The notes under the pieces are model-generated. The model did no database searches and was not told where the DNA came from. It worked only from the letters and a program-made list of their open reading frames with translations. Both the position numbers and the translations under genes were made by a program. A DNA stretch of 64,000 nucleotides, from positions 37,534 through 101,533 of IMG/VR virus record IMGVR_UViG_3300005825_000057; one strand, given 5' to 3'. The stretch is from a virus. Every line of letters begins with the position of its first letter. Position 1 is the first letter of the stretch. Below, piece by piece: positions 1 through 9,953 of this stretch.

Positions 1-485
1 AATCCCCAAGTCTTATCATCTTCGGGAGCTTCATTCATCTTCTCTAAGCAATTGTGGAAAGCCACTTTGATTGCTTGGACCTTGGCAAAATAAGTAATTT
101 TATCAAGAAGATATTCTCTAGTTTCTAATCCGGGGACGTAATACTCGTAAAGAGTGTGAAGCTCGCCCGTAAAATAAATTTGAATTGCCTTTTCTCTTTC
201 CTTGAGCTTATTTTGCAATTCATTGTGTAAAATCCATTTGTCGGGAATTACTCTGTGTTTGTCGAAATATTCAAACAAAAGAGAACAAATTGTGACATGA
301 GATTCTGTCGAAAAATACATTGGCTTGATCTTATCCACACTCTGAACGAGCATGAAATGATCGGTAAGCAACATTCCCAGCAATTTTTTCTGGAATGTTT
401 CGTCCCAAGCAAACTTGGTTTGAGTAACATCAGGGTCAGTCAAACTTTCCAGCTTTGCTTGTTCTTCAGGAGATAATTCACGCAT
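1..485 (-). CDS. Replicative DNA helicase (DnaB/T4 gp41-like), N-terminal part, runs off the window edge
   Basis: Manual translation from ATG at 485: MRELSPEEQAKLESLTDPDVTQTKFAWDETFQKKLLGMLLTDHFMLVQSVDKIKPMYFSTESHVTICSLLFEYFDKHRVIP, open to base 1; resembles DnaB-type N-terminal domains; near polA. Confidence 0.6.
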   Translation of the reverse strand, partial: MRELSPEEQAKLESLTDPDVTQTKFAWDETFQKKLLGMLLTDHFMLVQSVDKIKPMYFSTESHVTICSLLFEYFDKHRVIPDKWILHNELQNKLKEREKAIQIYFTGELHTLYEYYVPGLETREYLLDKITYFAKVQAIKVAFHNCLEKMNEAPEDDKTWG

Positions 486-490
486 AAGTT

Positions 491-976
491 TTACCCATTT
501 ATAAAGGGCGTCTCAATTGGCAATTCAATAGAAATCTTGTGATGATCTACACCAACACTCGACTCCTGATCTGTAATTCGCCAGCCCTTAACTTCCATCT
601 TTAGTAATGGAATTATTATACGCAAATTAGGCATCAAACGGTAGTCATCTTTTATATCTTCCCAAGCATACCAAGCAACTTTTTCAATTTCTTCTGCTCT
701 AGGCTTTGGTTGCTTGTAATAATTCATTTCTGCGAGGAAGCAATGCACCACGCAATCGTTGCCAATAATCTCTCCCATCAATGTCATTTTGTCGGCAGGC
801 CATCCTGCCTCTTCTTGTAATTCACGCTCGGCAGCTTCTTGGGGAGATTCACCTTCTTCGACTTTTCCGCCTACAAGATTAAGTCTTCCTTTTTGCCATG
901 CGGGTTTTTCTTTGAGAACCAATAGGGTTATGTTGGTTTTCCAAGGACGCACATGAATCAAAACGTATTCTTTCAT
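491..976 (-). CDS. NUDIX hydrolase
   Basis: Nudix box GGKVEEGESPQEAAERELQEEAG. Confidence 0.92.
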   Translation of the reverse strand: MKEYVLIHVRPWKTNITLLVLKEKPAWQKGRLNLVGGKVEEGESPQEAAERELQEEAGWPADKMTLMGEIIGNDCVVHCFLAEMNYYKQPKPRAEEIEKVAWYAWEDIKDDYRLMPNLRIIIPLLKMEVKGWRITDQESSVGVDHHKISIELPIETPFING

Positions 977-1830
977 TTTTTCCTCAAAAGCAATTTTTTA
1001 GGCAAGAATGTCTTTCGTTCTTGTTGTACCGGAGTTGGCAACTCCATAGTTTTTGGCACATCTATCTTGGGATATTCTTTGTGAAAAAAATTCAACCAGT
1101 TATGAGAGAGAGTATGGAATATCTTGGTCGGCCCTCGATAAAATTCTTTCTCGACATGCGCAGAATCAAAATACACATAATCAAGCTCGTGATCCAGAGC
1201 AAATAATGTAAAAGCCAATTCTTCTCGTCCAGTTGCGTTTTGACTTACTTGATGTATCCATTCACCCATAGGGTGAATTTTCTTTTTAAGACTCAAGCAG
1301 TAATCATAAACCTCTTCGCCATATTTTCGCAAAAGATGGTTGTTAAACAAAACTACCCCAGAATTGAAAGAACGAATTGATTTGTTCTTCCAATTGGTGG
1401 GGTAGTGATCGCCAAAAGTATTTGTGGTGGCGGCAAAATCAACGTCTTTGTAAATATCAAAAAGACAAGTTATGTCGCCAAAAATAAAAGTATCCGAGTC
1501 AATAAGAATAACTCGTTCGTGCGGACATTCTGCAAAAACAATCCGCTGAGCAGAAAAATAACCCTTCTCTTCTTTTAAATCCAAATCATGATAAATTTTC
1601 AATTCGATATTGAGACTTTTACAAAGTTCAAAAAATTCCTGCTTCTCAACAAGTCGAATGTGACGATCAAGAGTGTCTTTATTTGTAATGCCACGACTAT
1701 CTCGGCAATTATCTTCAACAAAATAAATCGTGACCGGCAGGGTTGGATTGTGCTGACGTAAGGTTCGTAAGCTGTAGGATGCCATTGTCAAATAAAATGG
1801 CTCTTCATTTAAAACATAAACTGCTTGCAT
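973..1830 (-). CDS. GT-A fold glycosyltransferase (GT8-like)
   Basis: ILIDSDTF DxD motif and FNSGVVLFN motif. Confidence 0.75.
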   Translation of the reverse strand: MQAVYVLNEEPFYLTMASYSLRTLRQHNPTLPVTIYFVEDNCRDSRGITNKDTLDRHIRLVEKQEFFELCKSLNIELKIYHDLDLKEEKGYFSAQRIVFAECPHERVILIDSDTFIFGDITCLFDIYKDVDFAATTNTFGDHYPTNWKNKSIRSFNSGVVLFNNHLLRKYGEEVYDYCLSLKKKIHPMGEWIHQVSQNATGREELAFTLFALDHELDYVYFDSAHVEKEFYRGPTKIFHTLSHNWLNFFHKEYPKIDVPKTMELPTPVQQERKTFLPKKLLLRKK

Positions 1831-1991
1831 ATTTTAATCCCAAAGTACAAGAGAATGTGAGACTGCAACACTAGGGAGTTCTATAAAACAATAAATTCTA
1901 ATTTTTAACTTTTTAAACTAACATCAACATATAAAATAAAGTATCCCTCGGCAATCCACTACCCCATTCTCAAACAATTATAGGGGAAAAA

Positions 1992-2582
1992 TCACAAAGC
2001 ACAAATTGCATTGTTATTTGTTTGACCCAAATAGTCGTACTCAGACAAAGAAACCTGACCGGCTCGAATTACTTTTTCTTTAGTAATCTTTTTACCCATG
2101 TTTTTCTGTCCGTTCCAAACAATAGCTTTGCAATATGTAGCAAACTTAGAATCAATTCTAAGGGGTGCATCCCTCATCGGTCTTTGAGCCTTGGGAACAA
2201 TTTTTTTGACAATTCGATCCAACATCAATTCTTGATGCGGACCAAACTTCTGTCGGTTTGCTCCATGTCGAGTTCTGTTGGCCCACAAGTCCATCAAATT
2301 AGCCACAATTCTTGAAAGGAATTTATCTTTGGCAGAATACTTCTTAGCCAAAGTCAAACAACTCTCAATATAAGTTTGACGCTTATAGTAAGAGCCTGCT
2401 CGAATTATGGAAAGTTGTAGTTCTTGGTTTATGTCATCAAAGTCATCAGTGTAGTTGTTTCTGGAATTCTTTTTTTGAAGTTGGTGGGCAGCGTAAAAAC
2501 AAAGTTTACCAAAGCTGTCATTAAGGTCTGCAAATTCATTATTGGTTATCGGGAAATTAACGCATATATCCTTCATATTCAT
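1992..2582 (-). CDS. Sigma-70 region-2-like protein
   Basis: DFDDINQELQLSIIRA and SKFATYCKAIVWN resemble sigma region 2.2 and 2.3 motifs, separated by an insertion; no region 4. Confidence 0.45.
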   Translation of the reverse strand: MNMKDICVNFPITNNEFADLNDSFGKLCFYAAHQLQKKNSRNNYTDDFDDINQELQLSIIRAGSYYKRQTYIESCLTLAKKYSAKDKFLSRIVANLMDLWANRTRHGANRQKFGPHQELMLDRIVKKIVPKAQRPMRDAPLRIDSKFATYCKAIVWNGQKNMGKKITKEKVIRAGQVSLSEYDYLGQTNNNAICAL

Positions 2583-3898
2583 TCCTTTTTGATTACATTT
2601 TTTAATTCATTGAGATTTCTGCCTGCTTTGCATGAAACTTTCAACTTTAAGCCGGGACATAACTCGCTTTCAGAAGAAAGTGCAAAGATCGCCTTTTGGT
2701 AAATTTCCTTCCAATTCTCCTTTGACGCATACACCATGTATCCATCGTGAACGTGGTAGGCCAATTTAGTCATAGGGACCAAGGCATAATAAAGTTGGAT
2801 TAGTTTTTCTAAGCAAATAATTGAGGCGGGAGATTGAACGCAAAAATTGCGAACTCTGTATTCTTTACCCTCGAAATAACGGCGTTTGCCAAATATGTCA
2901 TCAGCATAGCCTCTTTCTTTGACCTGATCTTGATAAGCCTGTATCCAAGCTAGAGCAGTCGGGAAAAGTTCATGGATTCGATTAACAATCGCTTCGGCTG
3001 TCGCTTCGGCAATTTTAAGTCTATCAGCCAGTGTATGGGCTGACATCCCATATATAATCGGCAAGAAGAATTTTTTGCATTTATCTCTTGCTTCTTTTAA
3101 ATTAGTCTGTTCACCAATTATTTTTTCATATAAAGCAAAATATACATCATTTGCTTTACAAAGTTCATTTAATAGCGGGTCTTTAGTCAACCACGCCAAC
3201 ATAAAAACTTCCATGCTGTTAAAATCAAAATACATGAAAAAATTCTCATGCAAAGGTTTTAACGCATTTTTCTTTTCCACGGTAAGGTTGTGGGGCACAT
3301 ACCCGTGGCTATAAGCCTTGTGACATAACAACCGCCCATTCTCTTGCCCATCAATTTCATAATAAGCATAAGCCTTATTTTCAATATCCGAATCGAGAAT
3401 GCCTACGGTTTCAAGATGTGGTAAAACCTGAGTCATCAAGGGCAGGTGAATATTTTTATATATCTTTGAAGATTCTTTGTAATTTGGCTCAGCAATAACT
3501 TTTTTCATTCGAGCTAGAGCTTCGCCCAAACTTTTTGGTGCTTGATTTTTAATTCCCAGATATGATTCGATTATTTTCAAATCAATAATTGCAGCATCAC
3601 AAAAAATTGGCTTTCCGGTTTTCGCCAAAATATAACTTGCGAAATTTTTCCAATTCCAAGTTACAATCCTAGCGCCCTTGGCCAAAAGGTTGAATCTCGT
3701 GATCTGACAGAAACGATTCAAATCCTCTTCCTCGTTAATTGCAAGCGAATAAGACTTTCCACCAGTTGCGTGAATATGCAAAAAATTCTCAGACTTTACA
3801 CTAAAGTCCAAGATTTCTGGATCAAATATAAAAAGACAATTTTGTGTTTCCAAATCTCCAAGAAACTCGGAAAACTTCAAGTAGTCCATTTGGCGCAA
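2579..3898 (-). CDS. polA: Family A DNA polymerase, shortened (thumb apparently missing)
   Basis: Motif A YFDFNSMEVFMLAW, motif B RDKCKKFFLPIIYG, NFCVQSPAS, motif C HVHDG. Confidence 0.85.
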   Translation of the reverse strand: MRQMDYLKFSEFLGDLETQNCLFIFDPEILDFSVKSENFLHIHATGGKSYSLAINEEEDLNRFCQITRFNLLAKGARIVTWNWKNFASYILAKTGKPIFCDAAIIDLKIIESYLGIKNQAPKSLGEALARMKKVIAEPNYKESSKIYKNIHLPLMTQVLPHLETVGILDSDIENKAYAYYEIDGQENGRLLCHKAYSHGYVPHNLTVEKKNALKPLHENFFMYFDFNSMEVFMLAWLTKDPLLNELCKANDVYFALYEKIIGEQTNLKEARDKCKKFFLPIIYGMSAHTLADRLKIAEATAEAIVNRIHELFPTALAWIQAYQDQVKERGYADDIFGKRRYFEGKEYRVRNFCVQSPASIICLEKLIQLYYALVPMTKLAYHVHDGYMVYASKENWKEIYQKAIFALSSESELCPGLKLKVSCKAGRNLNELKNVIKKE

Positions 3899-4169
3899 CC
3901 ATTTTAATCTTCGTGATCTTAGAAAAACCTAAAGTTAAGTATATCTTCGAGAATGTATTTAAGCAAGTACAATTTGCCAATTTATTCTCTTCTCTACTAT
4001 ACTCTATTCTTCTCTATTATTTATCCATAGGTACTTCTCTATGATATGCGCACACCGAGTCGCCGGTTAAGTTATACTTATTTAAAAGAATAAATACTAT
4101 AGAATAGATTTATTTCTTTTTGTTTTAGTAGAGGGAGAAAAACTTTCTACTAAAACACAAGCATAACAT

Positions 4170-4490
4170 AACCCTAGTCCATAGATTTCTCTATGGAGAG
4201 TCAGTGTACCCAATAAAAAATGCAGCAACCAAACCCAAGACTAGATCGCTTTCTCGTCAAAAAGCGAATGGCTTTTTTGTCTAATCTAGGCACACCTACA
4301 CTGCTGAGCCGGATGATTCTCGTGGATCAATCCTGATACCTGTCAAGGCGCTCGGTTTTTTCACCCAAATTTCTTCAAAGGGGTACTCGTGAATACTTTT
4401 TGAATGGGAAGAAACGGTAACTAGCCGTTTATACCTTTCGGTAATTTAGAGCTTCCATCTCAGTTTATTTTTAAGTAGAGTGACGAGGCT
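4170..4490 (-). ncRNA. Candidate structured RNA upstream of polA
   Basis: Non-coding stretch with serial hairpins on the minus strand (TACC-GAAA-GGTA, AAACGG..CCGTTT, TTCAAA..TTTGAA, CCATAGA-GAAA-TCTATGG) downstream of TTGAAC-N16-TATATT. Confidence 0.4.
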
Positions 4491-4573
4491 AGAGTCAATA
4501 TAGCAAAATATTTGCGTTGTTCAACCCCTGAATCATAAATATTTGGATTGATCTTTTCTGCGCATGAGGTACA

Positions 4574-5302
4574 ATGGCCAAAAATAAGAATCCCAATTTT
4601 TCTGAGGACGAAGATATGCCCCTTCTTGATGCAATTGCGTATTATGGCATGGATTCTATGGAATCTGCTGCCTATAAATTGAGCATTATCTGGGTAGAAA
4701 AGAGCAGAAAGTTTTTTCCTGATTACGAGCATGGCCGAATCAAAAAAGGTGATCCTCGAAAATCTTTGATGTTTAAAGTATGTTACAAATTAGTCCGAGA
4801 AACACAAGGGATTTTAAAAGAAGAAGATTATCCCTTGTACGTCCGGGCACAATTGGATATATTGAGAAATATAAACATGGGCAGTGAGCATCCCCTTATT
4901 GACCCAAACTGTCTTGTTGGCGAAAAAGCGTGGAAACGCTGGAAATTGTGGAAGAAAAAATATGATTGCGTTGTTGAACAAAAAGGCTTCAATATCAAAA
5001 TTACGATTTCATCCCAAAAAATCGTGGAAGCGCTTGAAAAAACAAAAGAGTTTATTTTCAAAACTCTCGGTGCCGAACCATCCATCGAACGCTACAAAGA
5101 AGCAATCATCAACAAAAATTTGTTCCGATGGATTAACTTTGGGAAAATCTCGCCGTATTATCTCGTTATGTCGCCGTACATTAAACAACTTGTGTCTGAA
5201 GAAGATTTGAAAAAAATCAATTTCGACCTTGAAGTTTATAAACCCTGTGCTACCAATGAAATATTGGCCCTTTTCAAAGAAAAGTTCAAATATGAGTTCT
5301 GA
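4574..5302 (+). CDS. Hypothetical phage protein
   Basis: 242-aa ORF, GAGG SD upstream. Confidence 0.7.
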   Translation: MAKNKNPNFSEDEDMPLLDAIAYYGMDSMESAAYKLSIIWVEKSRKFFPDYEHGRIKKGDPRKSLMFKVCYKLVRETQGILKEEDYPLYVRAQLDILRNINMGSEHPLIDPNCLVGEKAWKRWKLWKKKYDCVVEQKGFNIKITISSQKIVEALEKTKEFIFKTLGAEPSIERYKEAIINKNLFRWINFGKISPYYLVMSPYIKQLVSEEDLKKINFDLEVYKPCATNEILALFKEKFKYEF

Positions 5303-5314
5303 AAGAGTGTCAAA

Positions 5315-5662
5315 ATGGCAGTCAAAAACCGATCTGTCGAATGTGATTGTGGAGAATTATTCCACGAAAACAATAAAGGCGAATTAACTGGCAATTTGAT
5401 CTACTCGCCTTGGCGACTTAAACACAATAAAGTTCGTCAGACAAAATCTGCAAATCAATGCGATATTATGCTTTGTATATTTGAGCGTGCTGTAGGATGC
5501 GCCAAATGCAAGCAAGAAATATTTCGTGACAAGAAACAGTATGAGATTACCCCGCCAATAGGCAAAGAAGATTTGCCCATCACTTCGTATTCATCTAAAG
5601 AATACGTTTACTCGGATAAAACAGAATTCGTAGAGCCAACAGAAGATTCTACAAAAGCATAA
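5315..5662 (+). CDS. Hypothetical Cys-containing protein
   Basis: 115-aa ORF, CxC and CxxC. Confidence 0.6.
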   Translation: MAVKNRSVECDCGELFHENNKGELTGNLIYSPWRLKHNKVRQTKSANQCDIMLCIFERAVGCAKCKQEIFRDKKQYEITPPIGKEDLPITSYSSKEYVYSDKTEFVEPTEDSTKA

Positions 5663-5669
5663 ATATTTT

Positions 5670-6449
5670 ATGCTAAAGCTCCCACAAACAAAAATATGGG
5701 TCAGAAGAACAGAAGATTGGTCAATTATGACCAATGATAAACTTATCAATCAAATTGAAAGCAAATCTCTGAATCGTCCATATGCTAATCCAAATAAATA
5801 TATTCAAAATGTTGTATTGTGGAATAATACAATGAATATTAGTTATTTTGCATATAGACAAGAAATTAAAGACATAGCATTTAAGAGTTTTTCAGCCACT
5901 AAATTAAAAACAATAGTTGGAAATTTTACCTTCATTGATGCAATTAAAAATTCTATAACCCTTCCTACTGACGACGATGATTGGTATCATCCAAATATAG
6001 CAGATTACACAGAAGAATGTTTTCAAAATCCAAAAATCAAAATGGTATTCTGGCAGGCATGGATTTATCATTTGAGTAAAAATTCAACTTATGATAAGAA
6101 GAATTTTTTTACATTCACAGAAAGACATGGTAAGTGGATGGCAAGTAATGGATATGCTATAAGAACAAATGAATTTAGCAAATTACATTGCCACATAAGA
6201 AATAGATTAGACGATTATGCTCCCAATGAGGTTATTTATATTGATAAGCCGCTTAGTATTTGGGTGCAAAATCCAGCATCTATTTGGGAATTGCAAAGTT
6301 TCGATCTTGATATTAAATTGACTGAATGGGAGCCTATACCAAAAGAATTGATGTGGGCCGAAGAATATATTGAAAAATCTTACCAAAGCACACAACAAAT
6401 AAAAAAGGCACCTTTCGGTGCCCTTAATCAGCTTATGCAGCCAATTTGA
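5670..6449 (+). CDS. Glycosyltransferase-like protein
   Basis: PTDDDDWY acidic motif typical of GT-A folds; TAAATA upstream. Confidence 0.45.
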   Translation: MLKLPQTKIWVRRTEDWSIMTNDKLINQIESKSLNRPYANPNKYIQNVVLWNNTMNISYFAYRQEIKDIAFKSFSATKLKTIVGNFTFIDAIKNSITLPTDDDDWYHPNIADYTEECFQNPKIKMVFWQAWIYHLSKNSTYDKKNFFTFTERHGKWMASNGYAIRTNEFSKLHCHIRNRLDDYAPNEVIYIDKPLSIWVQNPASIWELQSFDLDIKLTEWEPIPKELMWAEEYIEKSYQSTQQIKKAPFGALNQLMQPI

Positions 6450-6675
6450 TTCCAAAGAGTTGACCACTCTCAATTAGCTTCTTGAGATAGGCCGCTTCCG
6501 AACCCATGCGGGTAAATTGATCGCCGTGTTTGCCGGTTACAAATGGTGTTCCACCATGTTTGCCGACTGGCAAATAAATTGTTTTTTGTTCGTTGGTGAC
6601 TTCCAGCTTTTCCGAAGCTGTTTGGAACGCATTACCTGCGTGCAATAGGTCGATTTCAAAAGTTACTGTGTACAT
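6433..6675 (-). CDS. Hypothetical protein
   Basis: 80 aa, strong SD AAGGAGG. Confidence 0.65.
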   Translation of the reverse strand: MYTVTFEIDLLHAGNAFQTASEKLEVTNEQKTIYLPVGKHGGTPFVTGKHGDQFTRMGSEAAYLKKLIESGQLFGIKLAA

Positions 6676-6709
6676 ATTCCCTCCTTAATGGCTTACATTA
6701 TATATGCAT

Positions 6710-7201
6710 TTAAGATTCAAGTTGTTTTAGGCAAACCAAGACTTCGGTTAAATATTCCTTAACTGCCTTGTAAGTGCCCGGAGCCGTCTGTTCTGAATTC
6801 CCTGCTATATTAAGTGTTTCTATATTGTTTTCTATTACCCATTTTGCCACTTCTTTTGGTGTAATGGGTGTAGCTAAATTTACATCAATATGTGGTTTGT
6901 CATACTTGACAATTGCTTTTAAAGTGCATTTTTCACCAGCCGACCCAAAATTAAATGCTAAACGAATTGTGCCGTCAGCATCTTGCACATTTTTGTGGGT
7001 TCGGGGGACATAGCTTTCAGACGCATGTTCTTCGATTCCAAAAAGTTTGGCATAATCTGGTTTTGGTCCTTCAAGGGTTTTGAATCCTTTTGGCATACTT
7101 CCACCTGTAGCCAAACCAGATTTCTTTGCTACGACCAACCCAGCTATATCGGCACCAGTTTGACCGCCAGAAATCATTTTTTTGAGCATGTTATCTTCCA
7201 A
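6710..7201 (-). CDS. SLOG-superfamily / putative molybdenum-carrier family protein
   Basis: MISGGQTGADIAGL, RTHKNVQDADGT, TLNIAGN. Confidence 0.8.
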   Translation of the reverse strand: MEDNMLKKMISGGQTGADIAGLVVAKKSGLATGGSMPKGFKTLEGPKPDYAKLFGIEEHASESYVPRTHKNVQDADGTIRLAFNFGSAGEKCTLKAIVKYDKPHIDVNLATPITPKEVAKWVIENNIETLNIAGNSEQTAPGTYKAVKEYLTEVLVCLKQLES

Positions 7202-7745
7202 AAAGCCATGACAAGAATCCTTGGCTCTTACCCCAACGACCCATCACCCAATTGATAAAATCTTCTGGGTCTTTATATCCTGACCCATCACGCAATGTGT
7301 TTTCGTCTTTGTCAATCAAAACATAAGCTGGAATGCCACGAACAGAATACTTGCGAGCAATGTCTTTTCTGTTGTCTGTATCCACATAAATTTCAATGAT
7401 ACCTGCTTCGGCAACAGTTTTGATTACTTTATCGTTGCTCAAGGTCTGGCTTTTTAGTTTTGTACACCAGCCACACCACTTGGCACCAAACACAACAAGA
7501 ACCTTTTTATCAGTTCTTTTGGCTTCTGCCAAGGCTTGTTCATAACTTGTGATTTGAATGGGTATATTCTCAATCGGCGGCTGTACAATTGGAGGTTGAA
7601 CAGGATTGGGATTGTTGTTTTGTACATTTTCCCAAATGTTATTCTGTGGCCCAGAATGATTGAAACTTTCTTTGCTAAAGTAAATTGCGGCGACCAGTAA
7701 CAATAAACCGGCAATGACAAAATTTAGGATATTCTTCTTAAACAT
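7191..7745 (-). CDS. Membrane-anchored thioredoxin-family protein
   Basis: N-terminal hydrophobic helix, WCGWC, VRGIP cis-Pro motif. Confidence 0.85.
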   Translation of the reverse strand: MFKKNILNFVIAGLLLLVAAIYFSKESFNHSGPQNNIWENVQNNNPNPVQPPIVQPPIENIPIQITSYEQALAEAKRTDKKVLVVFGAKWCGWCTKLKSQTLSNDKVIKTVAEAGIIEIYVDTDNRKDIARKYSVRGIPAYVLIDKDENTLRDGSGYKDPEDFINWVMGRWGKSQGFLSWLFGR

Positions 7746-8628
7746 GGTTTAGTAACTCCATTAGTATCGCTATTCGTATATATAGACCGTTTCTAATTTG
7801 TTTGTCCTTAAAGACAGCACGGCTATCCTCATCCACATCCGTATCTATTTCACTTCGCCTCGGAAGAGGATGCAAAATTCTTGCGTTATTACTCAATTTT
7901 TTAACCAAGTTTTTTGTTAAAATGGGGTATTTGATTTCTCCGACATCCCCAAATCTTTCATCTTGAATTCTGGTCATGTAAATAACGTCTACATCTAATC
8001 TATCTTCAATATTTTCTATATAATTTCCAAATTCTTCTTGATATTTGAAGTCATAATTTTCACATTTGGCAGGGCAGAAAACAATTTCGTTGTTTTCGTA
8101 AAGTTCAAGAAGTTGAACAAGGGAACGAATAGTGCGGCTATTTTTTAGGTCGCCACAAAAAAGAACTTTGAGATTATCTGTTCTGCCAAATTCTTTGTGA
8201 ATAGTTAACATATCCAACATCGCTTGGGTTGGATGTTCATCGCTGCCATTCCCAGCATTTATGATTGGAACGGTAGCGGCATTTACTTCGTGAATCCAAT
8301 TTTGATCTGGATGTCTAAAGACTATCACATCTGAATATTGAGATAGAGTATAAAAAGTGTCACGGATAGTTTCGCCTTTTCTTAAAGAAGAAGAGGCTGA
8401 TGCGTCAGCAGCAGTGATGACTTTGCCGCCGAGCCATAACATGGCTGATTCAAAAGAAAGCCTCGTTCTTGTAGATGCTTCTCCAAAGAACGAGGCCATA
8501 GTTTTATTTGAAAAGAATTTAGGGTATCTCCAAGGATGGTAAAATATCTTTTCTACTTCCTTGGCCGTCTCGATCAGATTATCAATCTTCTCACGGTCCA
8601 GTTGCTTCACCGACAAGAAGTTTTTCAT
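7738..8628 (-). CDS. pyrB: Aspartate carbamoyltransferase catalytic subunit
   Basis: STRTRLSFE, KGET, HPTQ, GDLKNSRT, YMTRIQDERF, HPLPR. Confidence 0.95.
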   Translation of the reverse strand: MKNFLSVKQLDREKIDNLIETAKEVEKIFYHPWRYPKFFSNKTMASFFGEASTRTRLSFESAMLWLGGKVITAADASASSSLRKGETIRDTFYTLSQYSDVIVFRHPDQNWIHEVNAATVPIINAGNGSDEHPTQAMLDMLTIHKEFGRTDNLKVLFCGDLKNSRTIRSLVQLLELYENNEIVFCPAKCENYDFKYQEEFGNYIENIEDRLDVDVIYMTRIQDERFGDVGEIKYPILTKNLVKKLSNNARILHPLPRRSEIDTDVDEDSRAVFKDKQIRNGLYIRIAILMELLNHV

Positions 8629-8678
8629 TTCATGGGTTCTCCAAGATGAGTCCAAAACTGTTTATTTATAACATTTTT

Positions 8679-9497
8679 TTAGTACGTCATCAAGATAATT
8701 TTTATGCACTCAACAATTTTTTTGATGTCTTGAGTTGGTGCGAACCATTCTTCAAAATCAGATGGTTGAATTGTCCATGTGTGTTGTCTCATTTTGGAGT
8801 CGATGTTATAACCCCAACATTTCATAAGTCCCTTATTTTTATCCCAAAATAAATCAATGTTAAATTGTTCAGCACGACTTGCGGTAGGAGCTTCAACTCC
8901 ATGTCCTCGAAATTCATAAATGATTTTAAAATATCCTTCATCCATTTTCTTCATGCCAATAGGAAACATGCAATAGGCCGGATAATGTCTTTTGACTTCG
9001 TTGAAAAGTTTATAAGCCAAAGTGTCAAACTCTGGATATTCCATTTTGGGTGAATCATATTCATTTTTGTTTATTTCTATCAAACAATCATAAATTTCAT
9101 GAGCCAAAGGGATTTCGTTTTTATTGTGTTCATTTTCACTAAAATCAACAACATCTTTGCAAATCCATGTGGCTTCGCCTTGCAAATCTCTCGTCTTTCT
9201 ACGAATGATCGTTTTATACGAACCAAGTGGACTGATATAAACTTGCAAAGCCCCAACATCATACCCCCATTCAAGTATGTTTGACATTTTGGCACGAGGC
9301 GAGAAATAACCCAATGCTGGCAATCTAATCAATTCATTCATAATCATTTCGGAATCCACTGGATCAATTGGGTTTGCTCCTTCTGCTGGTACAGTACCAC
9401 CCAAGCTGTCCGACTTCATATCGGCCAGTTTTTTCTCAAATCCAAAATCAGCCCACTCCTTGAGAGTTTGCCATCGTTTAAAACTTAATTTATTCAT
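8679..9497 (-). CDS. Hypothetical protein with capsid-targeting-like N-terminus
   Basis: 272 aa; starts MNKLSFKRWQTLKE. Confidence 0.7.
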   Translation of the reverse strand: MNKLSFKRWQTLKEWADFGFEKKLADMKSDSLGGTVPAEGANPIDPVDSEMIMNELIRLPALGYFSPRAKMSNILEWGYDVGALQVYISPLGSYKTIIRRKTRDLQGEATWICKDVVDFSENEHNKNEIPLAHEIYDCLIEINKNEYDSPKMEYPEFDTLAYKLFNEVKRHYPAYCMFPIGMKKMDEGYFKIIYEFRGHGVEAPTASRAEQFNIDLFWDKNKGLMKCWGYNIDSKMRQHTWTIQPSDFEEWFAPTQDIKKIVECIKIILMTY

Positions 9498-9671
9498 GTT
9501 AACCTATATATCAGCAGAACCTACTTGTTTATGAGGACATATGAAAAACGAAGGAATTATAGCAATGATTATTGGCATAATTATTGGGTTTGCAGCCGGT
9601 TATTACGTTGGTCATGAGCGAGCAATTCAAGATAATAATACTTTTAGATTTGAACTAAGGTCTGACAGATA

Positions 9672-9953
9672 ATGCAATTCCGCACATGGTTATTTGAGAA
9701 CGAACAAAAAAACTTTGACTTTTACAAAGATGTCATGTTAAATTATCTAGGCTTGGACCCGACTAAAGGTCTATCTCAAAGCCTTGATACTTTTAATAAA
9801 GACAATTTGAAACAAAAGTTACAAGGTTTGGGGGAGTTTTCTGCATTGCCTGACCATGTGCAGGCCGATATTCTGTCGAGGCTTGATAGCTCTCAGAGTG
9901 GTACAATGGGCGACATTATTAGATTGATGGCATCCAGAAGAGGAAATGTATGA
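9672..9953 (+). CDS. Hypothetical protein with capsid-targeting-like N-terminus
   Basis: Starts MQFRTWLFENE. Confidence 0.65.
   Translation: MQFRTWLFENEQKNFDFYKDVMLNYLGLDPTKGLSQSLDTFNKDNLKQKLQGLGEFSALPDHVQADILSRLDSSQSGTMGDIIRLMASRRGNV

Noticed and set aside
4574-5302. T4 gp59 helicase-loader assignment
   Set aside because: Size and context fit, but motif similarity is too weak to support by eye.
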